Shown: positions 22,501 to 33,395, counted from the first letter of the stretch. The stretch is DNA of 64,000 nt from Nitrospirales bacterium (GCA_963422365.1 OY729426.1:1312001-1376000), one strand, 5' to 3'. Numbers and translations: made by a program. The notes: generated from the letters alone by a model not told the origin.

Positions 22501-22959
22501 TTATTGAATCTCAATCCCCCCACCCTTCAGATCGATGTCCGCATCTTTCAGCTCCATTTTATTTCCGATATGCCACTGTTCGGTCGTCACCTCAGACACT
22601 GTCCCGCCTGGTAAGTAAAATTTGGCTTGTGGAATCTGTATGCTGTCCTCCCCAATTTTTTTGACGAAGAACACCACGCCTTTCAGTGTGTTATCAACCA
22701 CCGTCACCGATTCGGGATCAGCCTTGAGTTCGAAGCGGTCTTGGTCATTGGACGTCCATTCGTTGCGCTCCAGCGTGGCAACCTGCGACCCGGCAGGGTT
22801 GTAGATCTGCATGCTCAAGAGGATGGTCCCGTCTTCAGCCGTGCGTTCAACTTTGATCACGTCTTGGTCCTGCGCCACAAAAATTCCATTCGTATTACGG
22901 AGTTGATTTGAGCCGATTGTAATATCCATGGTGTCCCTTGTCTGATTTCCGTTACTCAA
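22501..22959 (-). CDS. Hypothetical protein (beta-rich)
   Basis: Natural-looking ORF; probable start MDITIG. Confidence 0.6.
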   Translation of the reverse strand: MSNGNQTRDTMDITIGSNQLRNTNGIFVAQDQDVIKVERTAEDGTILLSMQIYNPAGSQVATLERNEWTSNDQDRFELKADPESVTVVDNTLKGVVFFVKKIGEDSIQIPQAKFYLPGGTVSEVTTEQWHIGNKMELKDADIDLKGGGIEIQ

Positions 22960-23179
22960 TATGCCGACGGGTGGATTCGCCTCGGCCGGGGGGATAAGAC
23001 CTGGTCAGCTTTTCATCCCGGTGGCAGGGACGAAGATACCGACTTGAAAAGCGAGGGTCAACCAGCGGCAGTGGTGCGGCAACACCAGACCAGTTGCTTC
23101 TCCTTTCGGTTGCTTTCTTCATGGCCCTGCGATACACCTATCACGTTCATTTCCATAACTCTGTCTGAGGCAGGAGGGG

Positions 23180-24046
23180 ATGATGCAAGTTTCATTGATA
23201 GGCACAGGATTAATGGGGACAGCCATGACAGAGCGGCTTCTGACGCTCGGCCATGATGTCGTGGTGTATAACCGAACGGAAGAAAAATGCACAGCCCTTC
23301 AACGACAGGGTGCCATCAGGGCACGGTCCGCCGCAGAGGCGATCGAGGCTTCGAGGTGCACAATCCTCATGTTGGCTGATGCCCAGGCCATACAGGAAGC
23401 CCTGTTCACTTCTGGGAAACCCAATGTTCAAAATCGGACGATTCTTCAAATGGGGACCATGGCTCCGTCTGAAAGTATCGCACTCGGTCAGGAAATTCGA
23501 ACGGGCATAGGAGACTATTTCGAGGCACCGGTTCTCGGAAGCCTTGCCGAAGCGAAAGCCGGTCGACTCATTGTCATGGTCGGCGGAAAAGCCGAACAGG
23601 TGGAACAGTGGAGTGAGGTGTTGCAATGTTTCTGTGAAGAACCCTTACTCGTGGGGCCAATTGGTCGGGCCGCTACTTTGAAGCTGGCCTTGAATCAACT
23701 CATTGCGGCCCATATCACGGCCTTCTCATTGAGCTTGGGGTTGATTCAACGAGCAGGCGTCGAAGTCGAGACGTTCATGAACGTGCTTCGTCAAAGCGCC
23801 TTGATGTCGTCCATGCTCGAGAAAAAATTGCCGCGTTTGTTGACCCGCGACTACGCTCGTCCCAACTTCTCTACCAGGCATCTTTTGAAGGACGTCGATT
23901 TATGTCTGAACGCGGCGCGAGACACGAACTTGGCAACGCCGGCACTCGCCGGCATTCACCAGATCTTAAAAGAGACCATAGGGCAAGGCCTTCACGATGC
24001 CGATTATTCGTCGGTCTTCGAAGCCGTGGTCCCGAAGGAACGGTAG
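23180..24046 (+). CDS. NAD(P)-dependent oxidoreductase, 3-hydroxyisobutyrate dehydrogenase family
   Basis: IGTGLMG, YNRT, APVLGS, KLALN and LKD. Confidence 0.9.
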   Translation: MMQVSLIGTGLMGTAMTERLLTLGHDVVVYNRTEEKCTALQRQGAIRARSAAEAIEASRCTILMLADAQAIQEALFTSGKPNVQNRTILQMGTMAPSESIALGQEIRTGIGDYFEAPVLGSLAEAKAGRLIVMVGGKAEQVEQWSEVLQCFCEEPLLVGPIGRAATLKLALNQLIAAHITAFSLSLGLIQRAGVEVETFMNVLRQSALMSSMLEKKLPRLLTRDYARPNFSTRHLLKDVDLCLNAARDTNLATPALAGIHQILKETIGQGLHDADYSSVFEAVVPKER

Positions 24047-24061
24047 GCCCTTGTCGTCACG

Positions 24062-24715
24062 TTAATCTGAAAGGGGATGAAGAAAGTACCGCACCCCGTC
24101 AATCTGCACCACGGGCATGACCATGCCTTGTTCCAAGCCGTCATGAGAAAATGCATAGATGATGGATTCCCAGGGAAGCAGTGTTCCGGTAAAGAGAATG
24201 CCGATTTCACGGGGTTCTCCCCTCTCGATCCGTTCTTGGAGAGAACGCAGGAGCACCGGTGAAGGCACGGCAACCATTTCATTGGGCAGTTGCAATGGTT
24301 TGAATCGCACAAGGCCCCAGGTCGTTTGGGTGAACTCGGGCCCCATGACCACGGTAAATCCTCGCTGGGCCTCATGGTATTTGCCCAGGACGCCCGACCA
24401 CCAAAACGCCACTCGTTGACTCAGTAATCGATGCCCTTCCCGGGATGCATCCCGCTGTCGGTTGAAGTCAAAGAGCTTGGTTCCGAGTTCTTCACCAGGC
24501 TGGTCATGTAATGGCTCCCAGTCCGGCGGCTGCTTGTCTAATTCGTTGAGAAACAGCTCTTGGTCTGCAGGCGTGAGAAGGGCGCGAATGGACGTGTCGG
24601 TGAGAAGGGTACGAGCGTCGGCTTGAGGGAGTTTCTCTAACGGCTAAATTCCCAATGGAGGGTCGGCGAGACAGTCGAAGGAGAGGACAAGAAAAAAGAA
24701 AAGTGACGGCAGCAT
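24062..24715 (-). pseudogene. Exported hypothetical protein interrupted by an in-frame TAG at 24646-24644
   Basis: MLPSLFFFLVLSFDCLADPPLGI*PLEKLPQADART... reads on in the same frame into track ORF 24062-24412. Confidence 0.6.
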
Positions 24716-24756
24716 GTAAAACGGCACAGGGAGACGCGACTTTCGGTGTGCTGTAT

Positions 24757-25851
24757 TCATGATGACAGCAAGGGAACCCGATGTCCGTTGATGAACACGT
24801 GAAACTTCTTCATGGGCAAATAGGCTGTGACGGAATCTCCCGCGTGTTGCCGTGAGGCAGGAGAGGTTCGTGCCACCAGAGACTGCCCTTCTGCGACGAG
24901 ATACACAAGAGTATCGCCGCCGAGGTTTTCAATCACGTCAATGGTTCCGGCGAGAGTATGGTGTCTTGACCCCGGAGGTTCGAGTGTCACGTCTTCAGGC
25001 CGAATCCCCAAGGTTGCGGTCCCGGAGTCTGCGCCTAACGTGCCGGGGGCCTGAACAGGCACCGTGAGCGTCAAATCTCCTGCGCGGAATTCCAGGTCCT
25101 GTTGATGGAGGCGATAAGAGCTCTCGAACAAATTCATCGGAGGGGTGCCGATGAACCCGGCCACAAAGGGATTGCCGGGTTCATGATAAATCTGATCGGG
25201 CTTTCCGATCTGCTGAATCCTGCCATGATTCATGACCACAATGGTGTGACCCAGCGTCATGGCTTCGGCTTGGTCATGCGTGACGTACACCATGGTGGTG
25301 CCCAAGCGTTGATGCAATTTCTTTAATTCGACCCGCATTGAAGCCCGGAGGCGGGCATCCAAATTCGAAAGTGGTTCATCGAAAAGAAACAACTTGGGCC
25401 GTCGAACGATGGCTCGACCCATGGCGACACGTTGCCGTTGCCCGCCAGAAAGCTCCTTCGGCTTCCGGTCAAGCAGATCGTGAATTTCCAATAACGCGGC
25501 AGTTTCAGCAATCCGTTCTTCGATGACGGGTTTAGGTTCCCCTCGCATTTTCAACCCAAAGGCCAGGTTTTTTCTCACCGTCAGATGTGGGTAGAGGGCG
25601 TAGTGTTGAAAGACCATGGCGATGTCACGGTCAGGAGGAGGCAGAGTATCCACGCGATGGTCTCCAATGGTCACCGAGCCACGTGTCGGGGGCTCAAGCC
25701 CGGCGATAATGCGAAGCAACGTGGATTTGCCGCAACCCGACGGACCCAGTAACACGACACATTCACCATCGACGGCCTCGAGTGAAATATCATGCAAGAC
25801 CTGGGTCCGCCCGAAAGTTTTCTCAATGTGCTGCAGGGCCAGTCCGGCCAT
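24757..25851 (-). CDS. Sugar ABC transporter ATP-binding subunit (MalK/UgpC family)
   Basis: GPSGCGKST, LSGGQRQ, DEPLSNLD and YVTHDQ. Confidence 0.95.
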   Translation of the reverse strand: MAGLALQHIEKTFGRTQVLHDISLEAVDGECVVLLGPSGCGKSTLLRIIAGLEPPTRGSVTIGDHRVDTLPPPDRDIAMVFQHYALYPHLTVRKNLAFGLKMRGEPKPVIEERIAETAALLEIHDLLDRKPKELSGGQRQRVAMGRAIVRRPKLFLFDEPLSNLDARLRASMRVELKKLHQRLGTTMVYVTHDQAEAMTLGHTIVVMNHGRIQQIGKPDQIYHEPGNPFVAGFIGTPPMNLFESSYRLHQQDLEFRAGDLTLTVPVQAPGTLGADSGTATLGIRPEDVTLEPPGSRHHTLAGTIDVIENLGGDTLVYLVAEGQSLVARTSPASRQHAGDSVTAYLPMKKFHVFINGHRVPLLSS

Positions 25852-25854
25852 AAG

Positions 25855-26682
25855 TTACCTCTTGACCGCACCGGCTGACAGTCCGCTGATAATCCCGCGT
25901 TGAAACAAGAGGACGATGATGAGTAACGGCAACGTGGCGATCACGGAAGCGGCAGCTAGTTCTCCCCACGGCATGGTGAATTCTCCCTGAAATAAGGCAA
26001 TGCCCACCGGGAGGGTTTGGTGCTCGGGGTCGGTGAGAATCAACAAGGCAAAGAAAAATTCGTTCCACGCATAAATAAACGTGAGGATGGCCGTCGTAAA
26101 CAGCCCCGGTGTCGCAAGGGGGAGCATGATTCTGTACAACGCTTGCCAGGCCGTGCAGCCGTCGATTTGCGCGGCTTCTTCTAACTCCAAAGGCAGTTCT
26201 TGAAAAAATGTGGTCAGGATCCACACCGCAAGAGGAAGGGTCAGCGAGACATAGGGAAGCACCAGCCCCCAATGGGTATTCAGCCCACCGAGGTGTTCCA
26301 GGATTTGCCAGACCGGTCCCGCAATGACGATGGGTGGGAACATGGCCACACAGAGGAGTCCACCTAGAATCCACGCTTTTCCCGGCAGCCGCAGCCGCAC
26401 CAGTGCGTAGGCGGCTGGAGTCGCAACGACTAGCGCCATGATTGTGGTGGCACCGGCAACGATCACGCTGTTCCCGATGTAGTGCAACAACCGATGATCA
26501 ATGAGCGCCGATGCATAAAAGACGAGGCTGCCGTCCGGCCACCAGCTTGGGGGAATCGCTTCGACTTGGATTTGTGATTTCAAGGAGGTCAGAACAAACC
26601 AAAGAAAAGGACACAGGCTCCCCAGCATGGCCAACAGAATCCCACCAAGTAACACCGGACGTTCCCTGGACGTGTTCGTCAT
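25855..26682 (-). CDS. Carbohydrate ABC permease (MalG-like)
   Basis: EEAAQIDG loop, AWNEFF and multiple TM helices. Confidence 0.93.
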   Translation of the reverse strand: MTNTSRERPVLLGGILLAMLGSLCPFLWFVLTSLKSQIQVEAIPPSWWPDGSLVFYASALIDHRLLHYIGNSVIVAGATTIMALVVATPAAYALVRLRLPGKAWILGGLLCVAMFPPIVIAGPVWQILEHLGGLNTHWGLVLPYVSLTLPLAVWILTTFFQELPLELEEAAQIDGCTAWQALYRIMLPLATPGLFTTAILTFIYAWNEFFFALLILTDPEHQTLPVGIALFQGEFTMPWGELAAASVIATLPLLIIVLLFQRGIISGLSAGAVKR

Positions 26683-27566
26683 GCCTGCTCCCGTTGCAAG
26701 AGTCGGGACCCGACGGTACGGACATAGAACAGAGAGAGAATCATGATTGCGACAAAGACTGTGACCGAGATCGTGGTCCCATAGCCCACACGTCCTTCGG
26801 TGAAGAGGGTTTTATAGCCGTAGAATTGCATGACTTGCGTGGCATCGCCCGGGCCGCCTTGGGTCATGACAAAGACGAGGTCGAACACCCGAAACGCATC
26901 GATGGTTCGAAACAAGAGGGCGGTGAGAAGAGCGGGTTTCAGCAGGGGAAGGGTGATGTGCCAAAACCGCTGCCATGACGTCGCTCCGTCAATGCGCGCG
27001 GCGTCATAGGTCTCATCGGGAATGACTTGTAATCCCGCCAGGATAAGGAGGCCGGCAAACGATGACGTTTTCCAGACGTCGGCCAGGACAATGGCTCCAA
27101 AGGCCATCCACGGATCGGCCAGCCACGGGACGTAGGCGTCCACTTGATCGCCGAAGAGTATCAGGTTGACGGCTCCATATTGATCGTTCAACAGAAACCG
27201 CCACATCTGTGAAGCCACAACAGTGGGAATCGCCCACGGAATCAACACGGCTGCCCGAACCCATCCTCGCCCTTTGAAGTGCTCGTGCATGATCAGCGCG
27301 ATGCCCATGCCCAGGAGCAGTTCCAAGGTGGTCGAAAATATGACGAAACCCAGCGTGACGATGCACGCTTGATGGGCGACGGGGTCTTGGAACAGCTCCG
27401 CGTAATTGCCGAATCCAATAAAAGATGGCTCCAGACCGTGGAATCCTGAGTAAAGGCTCAGCAGAAAGGAATCCATCGCCGGATACAGTGAAAAGACGGC
27501 AACAAACGTCAGCGCCGGAAAGACCATGACCCAGCCGGTCGAGTTATCTGCAGTCGTGTTCGTCAT
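26679..27566 (-). CDS. Carbohydrate ABC permease (MalF-like)
   Basis: PWAIP, YDAARIDGA and TQGGPG. Confidence 0.93.
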   Translation of the reverse strand: MTNTTADNSTGWVMVFPALTFVAVFSLYPAMDSFLLSLYSGFHGLEPSFIGFGNYAELFQDPVAHQACIVTLGFVIFSTTLELLLGMGIALIMHEHFKGRGWVRAAVLIPWAIPTVVASQMWRFLLNDQYGAVNLILFGDQVDAYVPWLADPWMAFGAIVLADVWKTSSFAGLLILAGLQVIPDETYDAARIDGATSWQRFWHITLPLLKPALLTALLFRTIDAFRVFDLVFVMTQGGPGDATQVMQFYGYKTLFTEGRVGYGTTISVTVFVAIMILSLFYVRTVGSRLLQREQA

Positions 27567-28861
27567 GAGACGGTCTGAGCCAAAAACCTGTTGATCTTCC
27601 GATCGGCTTCTTGTGCTTCTTCTACAATATCCGTCTCTGGAAAAGCCAACACGCGACTAAAATACCGCTGAAGAATATGCGAAACTATTGGATACACCGG
27701 TGTGCGGGGGCGAGGTCGAGCGGTTCGAAACACCGGAAGCAACACGTTGTACTGGGGGTTGGCACGGAGGACCTCCGGGTCGGAATACAGCGCAAGGCGC
27801 GAAGGAGCCAATGAAGCATGGATCGCAAAATGTTTCTGCCGTTCGGGACTCGTCATAAACTCGATGAAGGCCCACGCTTCATCAGGATGTTGCGAATAGG
27901 CGCTGATGCCGTAAAGCCATCCGCCTAAGGCAGACACGCTCGTTCCTCCAGAGAAACGTGGAAGGGTGCTCACGCCAACCTTCCCCACGATTTTTGAATG
28001 ACGCGGATCATTCGCCAATCCCCACGCATATGGCCAGTTGCGATGAAACACCGCTTTTCCCTGGACGAACACGGCGAGGGACTCAGGCTCCTGATAGGTC
28101 AGCGCGGCAGGGGTCGCCAGTTGTTGAATGATCTGCTCTCGGACGAATTGCACCGCTTGCGTGGACTCAATCGCTGCCAAGTTCGAGCGCCTGCCGTCTT
28201 CAGTCAGAAACGAGCCATTGTGACTGCCCACAAACTCCAGCATGTCGCACACCAGCCCTTCATACTGCTTGAACTGACCGCTGTAGCCCCGCAAGGCAGG
28301 CTGCCTGTTTTGTTCTGCCTCGACGATCGTCTTGGCTTGTCGTACTAATTCCTCCCAGGTGTCCGGAGGCGAAAACCCATGTTTCTCCAACAAGTCCGTT
28401 CGATAGTAGAGCATGCCGCTGTCAATGCGAGAGGGCACGCCGTAGATGTGGCCCTGGTACGTGCCGGCTTCAATGGTCGCACTCAAGAACTTTCGACGTT
28501 CTGCAACGGGGAAATAATCGTCAAGAGGCAAGGCCCATCCCGCCGCGGCAAACTCCGCCGGCCAGATCACGTCCATGAAAAACAGGTCGAGCGAAGCGTC
28601 GCGGTTCTTCAACTTCTGCGTCAGTAAATCGTGGTAGGCCGTTGAGGAATGCGGCGCAATTTCCCGTTTGATGCGAATGTGTGGGTAGGCTTGCTCAAAC
28701 CGTTGAATTGCCTCGTCCCAGGTGTTGGGATGATCCGCGTTCCACGTGACGAAATGAAGAACGCGCGGGACAGGGTTGGTGTTGCGAGGTTCTCCGAACA
28801 AAGGGTCGTGAGCGAAGAACGTGAAGGTCAGCAGCAGGACGGATACGACCGGAAGTCTCAC
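27563..28861 (-). CDS. Sugar ABC substrate-binding protein (trehalose/maltose-like)
   Basis: DVIWPAEFAAAGW, LYYRTDLL, QYEGLVC, RNWPYAW and LGGW. Confidence 0.9.
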   Translation of the reverse strand: MRLPVVSVLLLTFTFFAHDPLFGEPRNTNPVPRVLHFVTWNADHPNTWDEAIQRFEQAYPHIRIKREIAPHSSTAYHDLLTQKLKNRDASLDLFFMDVIWPAEFAAAGWALPLDDYFPVAERRKFLSATIEAGTYQGHIYGVPSRIDSGMLYYRTDLLEKHGFSPPDTWEELVRQAKTIVEAEQNRQPALRGYSGQFKQYEGLVCDMLEFVGSHNGSFLTEDGRRSNLAAIESTQAVQFVREQIIQQLATPAALTYQEPESLAVFVQGKAVFHRNWPYAWGLANDPRHSKIVGKVGVSTLPRFSGGTSVSALGGWLYGISAYSQHPDEAWAFIEFMTSPERQKHFAIHASLAPSRLALYSDPEVLRANPQYNVLLPVFRTARPRPRTPVYPIVSHILQRYFSRVLAFPETDIVEEAQEADRKINRFLAQTVS

Positions 28862-28909
28862 AGACGCGATTCGGTTGGAAGAGCATAGCGGCAGGAATGG
28901 ATGGTATGA

Positions 28910-30193
28910 CTACCTGGTTTCGGCTTCGTCACCTTCGTCCTCGGTTTCCTGCTCCAACTCAGGTGATTCTTCATATTAAGGTGTAAACTCTGTTCCCTCT
29001 GTCTCCGGACGAGCGTTCGGGTACAATCGCAACAGGTCCCATTTATTGATGGCATCCCGGACCTTATACCGCATCGTGCCTTTATAAGCTGCCCCACCTG
29101 CCTTTGCCTCCCGTTGTGGGGCATCCCATCCATAGGCCGTACTATGGATTCGTCTTAAGGTCTCGATCGTCTCATTCACATCTTCATCAGTCGGGGGCTC
29201 TAACTGGATATCCTCTTGTTCGAGGACCTTCATCCCCGTTTCCGCTCTGTCCGCAGCGACATCTTCTCCTTTTGACCGTAACCGTTGGGCTGCGTGGCGG
29301 CTGTCCTGCTTGCCGGAATCCCCTAAAATAGCTGTGGCAAAGTCGCTTGTCACCGTGCCAACAACGATAAGACCTGGGTATTGTTCAGCTTCGACCTTTC
29401 CCCACCAACGGGCAATCTCCGCGTAAGACCTGGCTCTCTGCAATACAGAATAAGAACCGACCAATTCGATCTCATCCAACAAGACAACCCAGCCTTTATA
29501 ACCGGCGCCCTTCATCAACTCTGTGGCAAAGCGTAAATGTTGAGGGGGTAATTCCTTCGCCTTCGGCGCTTTGAAGGAATAAGTAGGCGATTGATCTATT
29601 TGTCTGAGTCCCTTCCTCACGTCGGAAATCCTGATCTTTTCTCCTGACCAGAACGCTCTGATTTTGCTCGTAAGTTCAAAATCATTTGCCCTTTCATGAA
29701 CCGTCAGGGTTGTCGGGAATATGGGATGCAACCCGTTCTGTCCGGAATTGGCCCACTGAAAAAAACGGGCGTATGCCTTTGGCAAGTCTTCGAGTTTGAG
29801 TCCCAGTTCTTCCATGAGCCGCCCGGTTCGGTCCGGCACCCGACCGTGGTCTATTGCGGACTTGAAGACCTTGTCCATGTTATACAGAGGTGTCTCCTTA
29901 CTGATGGTGACTTTGCTGCACACAAAGCCTTGCGACAAGGCTTTGTGTGCCAGGTATGAGAGCAAATGAGACTTCCCTGTACCAAAATCTCCGGAGATCA
30001 ACATTCCCAATGAACCGGAAGGGGGATCATCGGAATCGACAGCTTTGGACAGCAGTTCTCTGAACCGACTTTCTGCTTGCGGTTGATTGCATCCTAGTAT
30101 CTTGACCGATTTTTCGTTAGGCACGCCATTGCGGAGTCCCTCCAAGGCACGTCTGCAAGTCAATGCGTCTTTTCCGTCTCTGTCAGTATTCAT
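28910..30193 (-). CDS. DUF2791/BrxD-like P-loop ATPase; TAA at 28978-28976 removes a 21-aa acidic tail
   Basis: ALEGLRNGVP, Walker A GDFGTGKSH, Walker B VVLLDEIE; frame continues YEESPELEQETEDEGDEAETR* to 28910. Confidence 0.8.
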
Positions 30194-30209
30194 GGAGTCA
30201 ACCTTTTCT

Positions 30210-31166
30210 TCAAGATATTCGCACCAAAGACGCCAGGGGATTCACCAGGTTTTCATCCCGGACTTCATCCATGACCCTTGTCCTGAGGGCCTGATACATT
30301 CCAAACCCTCTGGAACGGGCGTCGGGGTCAGGGAATGTACGGTCAGTCATGATGAGCAGCAACGCTCCGGTCAATTGGTCTGTTCCATCAATGAACTCTC
30401 TCAAAAGCTCATAGTGGTCCATGACCATTGCTTTTGTGTAGTATCTCAGACCGTCTTTCGGATTTTGGGTAAACGCCATGCGGGAGTTGTCGAGCAATAC
30501 CACAGTTCCCTTCGATCCTGCGTGTCGGAACCAGAAGAAGGCCGATTCAATGAAATGCCTCGCAGTGACGCGGTTTATCGCGGTATTGATGAAAAACGAT
30601 TTTACATTGCTCACTCTCGTATTCTTTCCTGTGAGCCAATCAATCAACGGGTGACCTCCATATTGGTCCGGACGACTGTTCTCGCACATGCAAAGGTGGG
30701 TCATAGCGACTCTGAAATCTTTAGCCATACGGTATTCTTTGGAGACCTCGGCTTCTATTTTTGGTCTCAATTGCTGAAGCACAAATTGCGAGCCGTGGTT
30801 GTTTGCCTTTGCTACAGCTTCAAAAATGTTATCAGCCTGTCCGGGGTTGATGTCATTAACCTGATAGCCGTCCTCTTCGGCCAAACGCACAATCAGGCGT
30901 CGAGCCAACCGCCGCCAATCTACCTGCTGGGCTATCCCGAAAAAAATATTCTGCGGCATATGGACTCTGGTCTTTGCCGCGTCAAGTTTCACGACCGTGT
31001 AATCCAGGGCTCTGCACCGGCTCTCTACCGCTTCACGTAGCGCCGGTTTCCGGCTTTCCGGCGTCACGGCAAACTTGATGGACGCACCGCCCTCTGGGAT
31101 AAAAGCCGACAAGTATTCGTCATCAAGAACTTTGAGCCAATCGTGAAGCGGTATTTCATTCGCCAT
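30210..31166 (-). CDS. DUF2791-like protein lacking Walker A (probable inactive ATPase)
   Basis: EYL..FI.EGG..IKF, LIDWL.G, YELLREFID and G..MYQALRTR; no GxxxxGKS/T. Confidence 0.65.
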   Translation of the reverse strand: MANEIPLHDWLKVLDDEYLSAFIPEGGASIKFAVTPESRKPALREAVESRCRALDYTVVKLDAAKTRVHMPQNIFFGIAQQVDWRRLARRLIVRLAEEDGYQVNDINPGQADNIFEAVAKANNHGSQFVLQQLRPKIEAEVSKEYRMAKDFRVAMTHLCMCENSRPDQYGGHPLIDWLTGKNTRVSNVKSFFINTAINRVTARHFIESAFFWFRHAGSKGTVVLLDNSRMAFTQNPKDGLRYYTKAMVMDHYELLREFIDGTDQLTGALLLIMTDRTFPDPDARSRGFGMYQALRTRVMDEVRDENLVNPLASLVRIS

Positions 31167-31993
31167 TATTCACCTCTTGAAAACTGGATTCCGTAATACG
31201 GCATAAGCTGATCGTCCGGACCTACAAACTGGAAGGTGTCACGGGCTCTTTTCGCGCCTGTTGAAGACGGGAAGGATACACGCGATCCTTTCTTGGTGCG
31301 GGATGGACCACTCGCGTCCAAGGAATAAATGTCCCTGGTAAAATCCACACGGTCATAGTCACGCTTACTTCCAGGCAAAGGGGTCAATGCCTTATACACT
31401 TCAACCAAAGGCACGACAGGACCATATCCGTCGTTGATTAAACGTGCAGAAAGCTCTTCTCTCGATATGAGTGTGTACACCCAGTGCAATGTCTCCAGGA
31501 AATCATCCGACTTGAATCGGGGCGGTTTTTTCTGGCTTTTAACCAGGTCCTCTACCATGCGGGATGGCCTTAAGGTCGGCACTTTCTTCCTGTCGATTCT
31601 CACGGCTCGATCCCTGGGCAGGACTTCAACTATAGATGGATGAGCAATCAATTTGCCATCTCTTTCATGGATGGTCAGGCCTTTTTCTTTGGCGACATTA
31701 CAAAGCTCAGAGGCATAGTGTTTTTCGAGATATTCTTCTTCTTCCTCGTCCTTGAAAGGCCAAGCTTGCACAGCATTTGCCACCTCTTGTCGTAGAGAAC
31801 CCAGCGCAGTCTCAAGGCGTTGACGCCCTTTTTTGATTTCGTTGATCTTCCCGTCCTTAGCTGCCTTCTGCAATCTTTTGGCCTGCTTCTTCAAGTCTTC
31901 GGCAGATTGTACCGTCGAAGCTGCGGCTTGTTCCGTCTCGCTGAACGCCCGTTCAAAGTCGATCACGATGCGTCCTTCACTTTCGTTCATCAT
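31166..31993 (-). CDS. Hypothetical protein with N-terminal coiled coil (about 275 aa)
   Basis: GGAGG RBS at 32010-32006, start MMNESEG; stop overlaps the next start codon. Confidence 0.75.
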   Translation of the reverse strand: MMNESEGRIVIDFERAFSETEQAAASTVQSAEDLKKQAKRLQKAAKDGKINEIKKGRQRLETALGSLRQEVANAVQAWPFKDEEEEEYLEKHYASELCNVAKEKGLTIHERDGKLIAHPSIVEVLPRDRAVRIDRKKVPTLRPSRMVEDLVKSQKKPPRFKSDDFLETLHWVYTLISREELSARLINDGYGPVVPLVEVYKALTPLPGSKRDYDRVDFTRDIYSLDASGPSRTKKGSRVSFPSSTGAKRARDTFQFVGPDDQLMPYYGIQFSRGE

Positions 31994-32030
31994 TTTGATC
32001 TCAAACCTCCTGACCTTTTCGTAATGCGTT

Positions 32031-33395
32031 TCACCATAGGCGAGGATTAACGTCAAAGATATCCTTCGCCAAATATTCACGAACCAGTTCGACTGACCAC
32101 GGTTCCTCCAATTGTTTGTTCTCAACGTCTTTGACGAGTTGATCGGCGGATGCGAAGCTCCCGCTGAGAGACGTCCCACGCCTCTCAAAAAACTCGGACC
32201 GACTAAGAACGACTGAAATATCATCCGTTGGCGCACGCCATTCGTATGCGACGGCAACGTGCTTTGACGTCTTTCCACCGTTATCAAAATGGACTGCTCC
32301 AGTCAAGCGGAGTGATGAGGATTCGACCTGGAGTCGTAGTTCCTCTTCGAGTTCCCTGACGGCGCAATGAATGAGTGCATCGCCGTTGACGGCATCTTCG
32401 CATCGAACGTGTCCTCCAGCCCAAATGACGATCTTATTATGAAGGACGTTATCATTCGTTTTTTCACGGCGGCGGAGACGAAGCACGTGACCGCTCGCAT
32501 TCCGAACAATGACGATCGGAAGTGCCTGGACGCGCGATGCGTCTTCTTCCACTTCATCTCTGGGGCGAAAATTGCCGTCGCTATTTTCACGGAAGTGTCT
32601 GGTCAGTTCGTCTACTTGTGAATCACCAATGAAATTCCTATTGCCAAATAATTTCGTCACGACTTCCTTGGAGCATGAAAGAATATTTTCAGCGATCTGT
32701 CCTTCTATCAAACTGACAATGGCTTCAGCGATTACTTCTGCCGTCCGTTTGGGATTGTCTTTGGTTTCACCATTAGAAGTATTGACTGGATATATCGGGA
32801 ACTCCCGCCCAAGCTGGTCAACGCATTGTTCATTGATTTCTTGAACCTGCCGGAGCACGTCACGATTCATGATTGATCCCCCTTCTCCTTTCACAGGGAG
32901 TCACCCTTGCTCGCGCTTCATGGCATCCGATGGAGATGCCAGCATCACAAAAACAGCCGAGATTCGTTTCCTCCAATCGTCAATCGTGAGGAATTGCTGG
33001 ATGAGTTCTCTTTCATCTTGGCGGATGCGCGAAATACGTTCCATCATGATCATCCAACAGATGGAGTCATAGAGTCCTCGGTCAAGAAAGAGAATCTGAG
33101 GATCGTCTGGTCGGGGTGGGTTTTGCGTTTTTTCCAAGATTTGAGCAAGTGTTGTGCAGGCAGTCCAGACGTTGAAATTCACGTGTTTCTTATCTCGAAT
33201 CGGACAAATTGAAGCACGTTCAACAACGACGTCGGTTCGGAAACCACAACGCTTGAGAAACGTCTGCACGTGTGAGATCGTGGTGGTCTTGCCCGCTTTT
33301 GGAACTCCCGCGAATTCGATGACCAATGGTTTTCGTGCCTTTTCAGCAAATTGTTCCGCTGCGCGTTCAGCGCGGATTTGAAGATTTGACTTCAT
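32031..33395 (-). pseudogene. Thymidylate-kinase-like P-loop + NUDIX hydrolase fusion, split by one in-frame TGA at 32903-32901
   Basis: IEFAGVPKAGKTT and LDRG; EQG*LPVKGEGGSIMN continues in frame; Nudix box GGHV..ED.......AVRELEEEL. Confidence 0.75.

Noticed and set aside
30087..31040. 317-aa plus-strand ORF opposite the DUF2791-like gene
   Set aside because: Antisense shadow; the minus strand carries the motifs and operon coupling
31994..32287. N-terminal extension of the 373-aa track ORF
   Set aside because: Overlaps the NUDIX gene; a strong RBS supports the start at 31993
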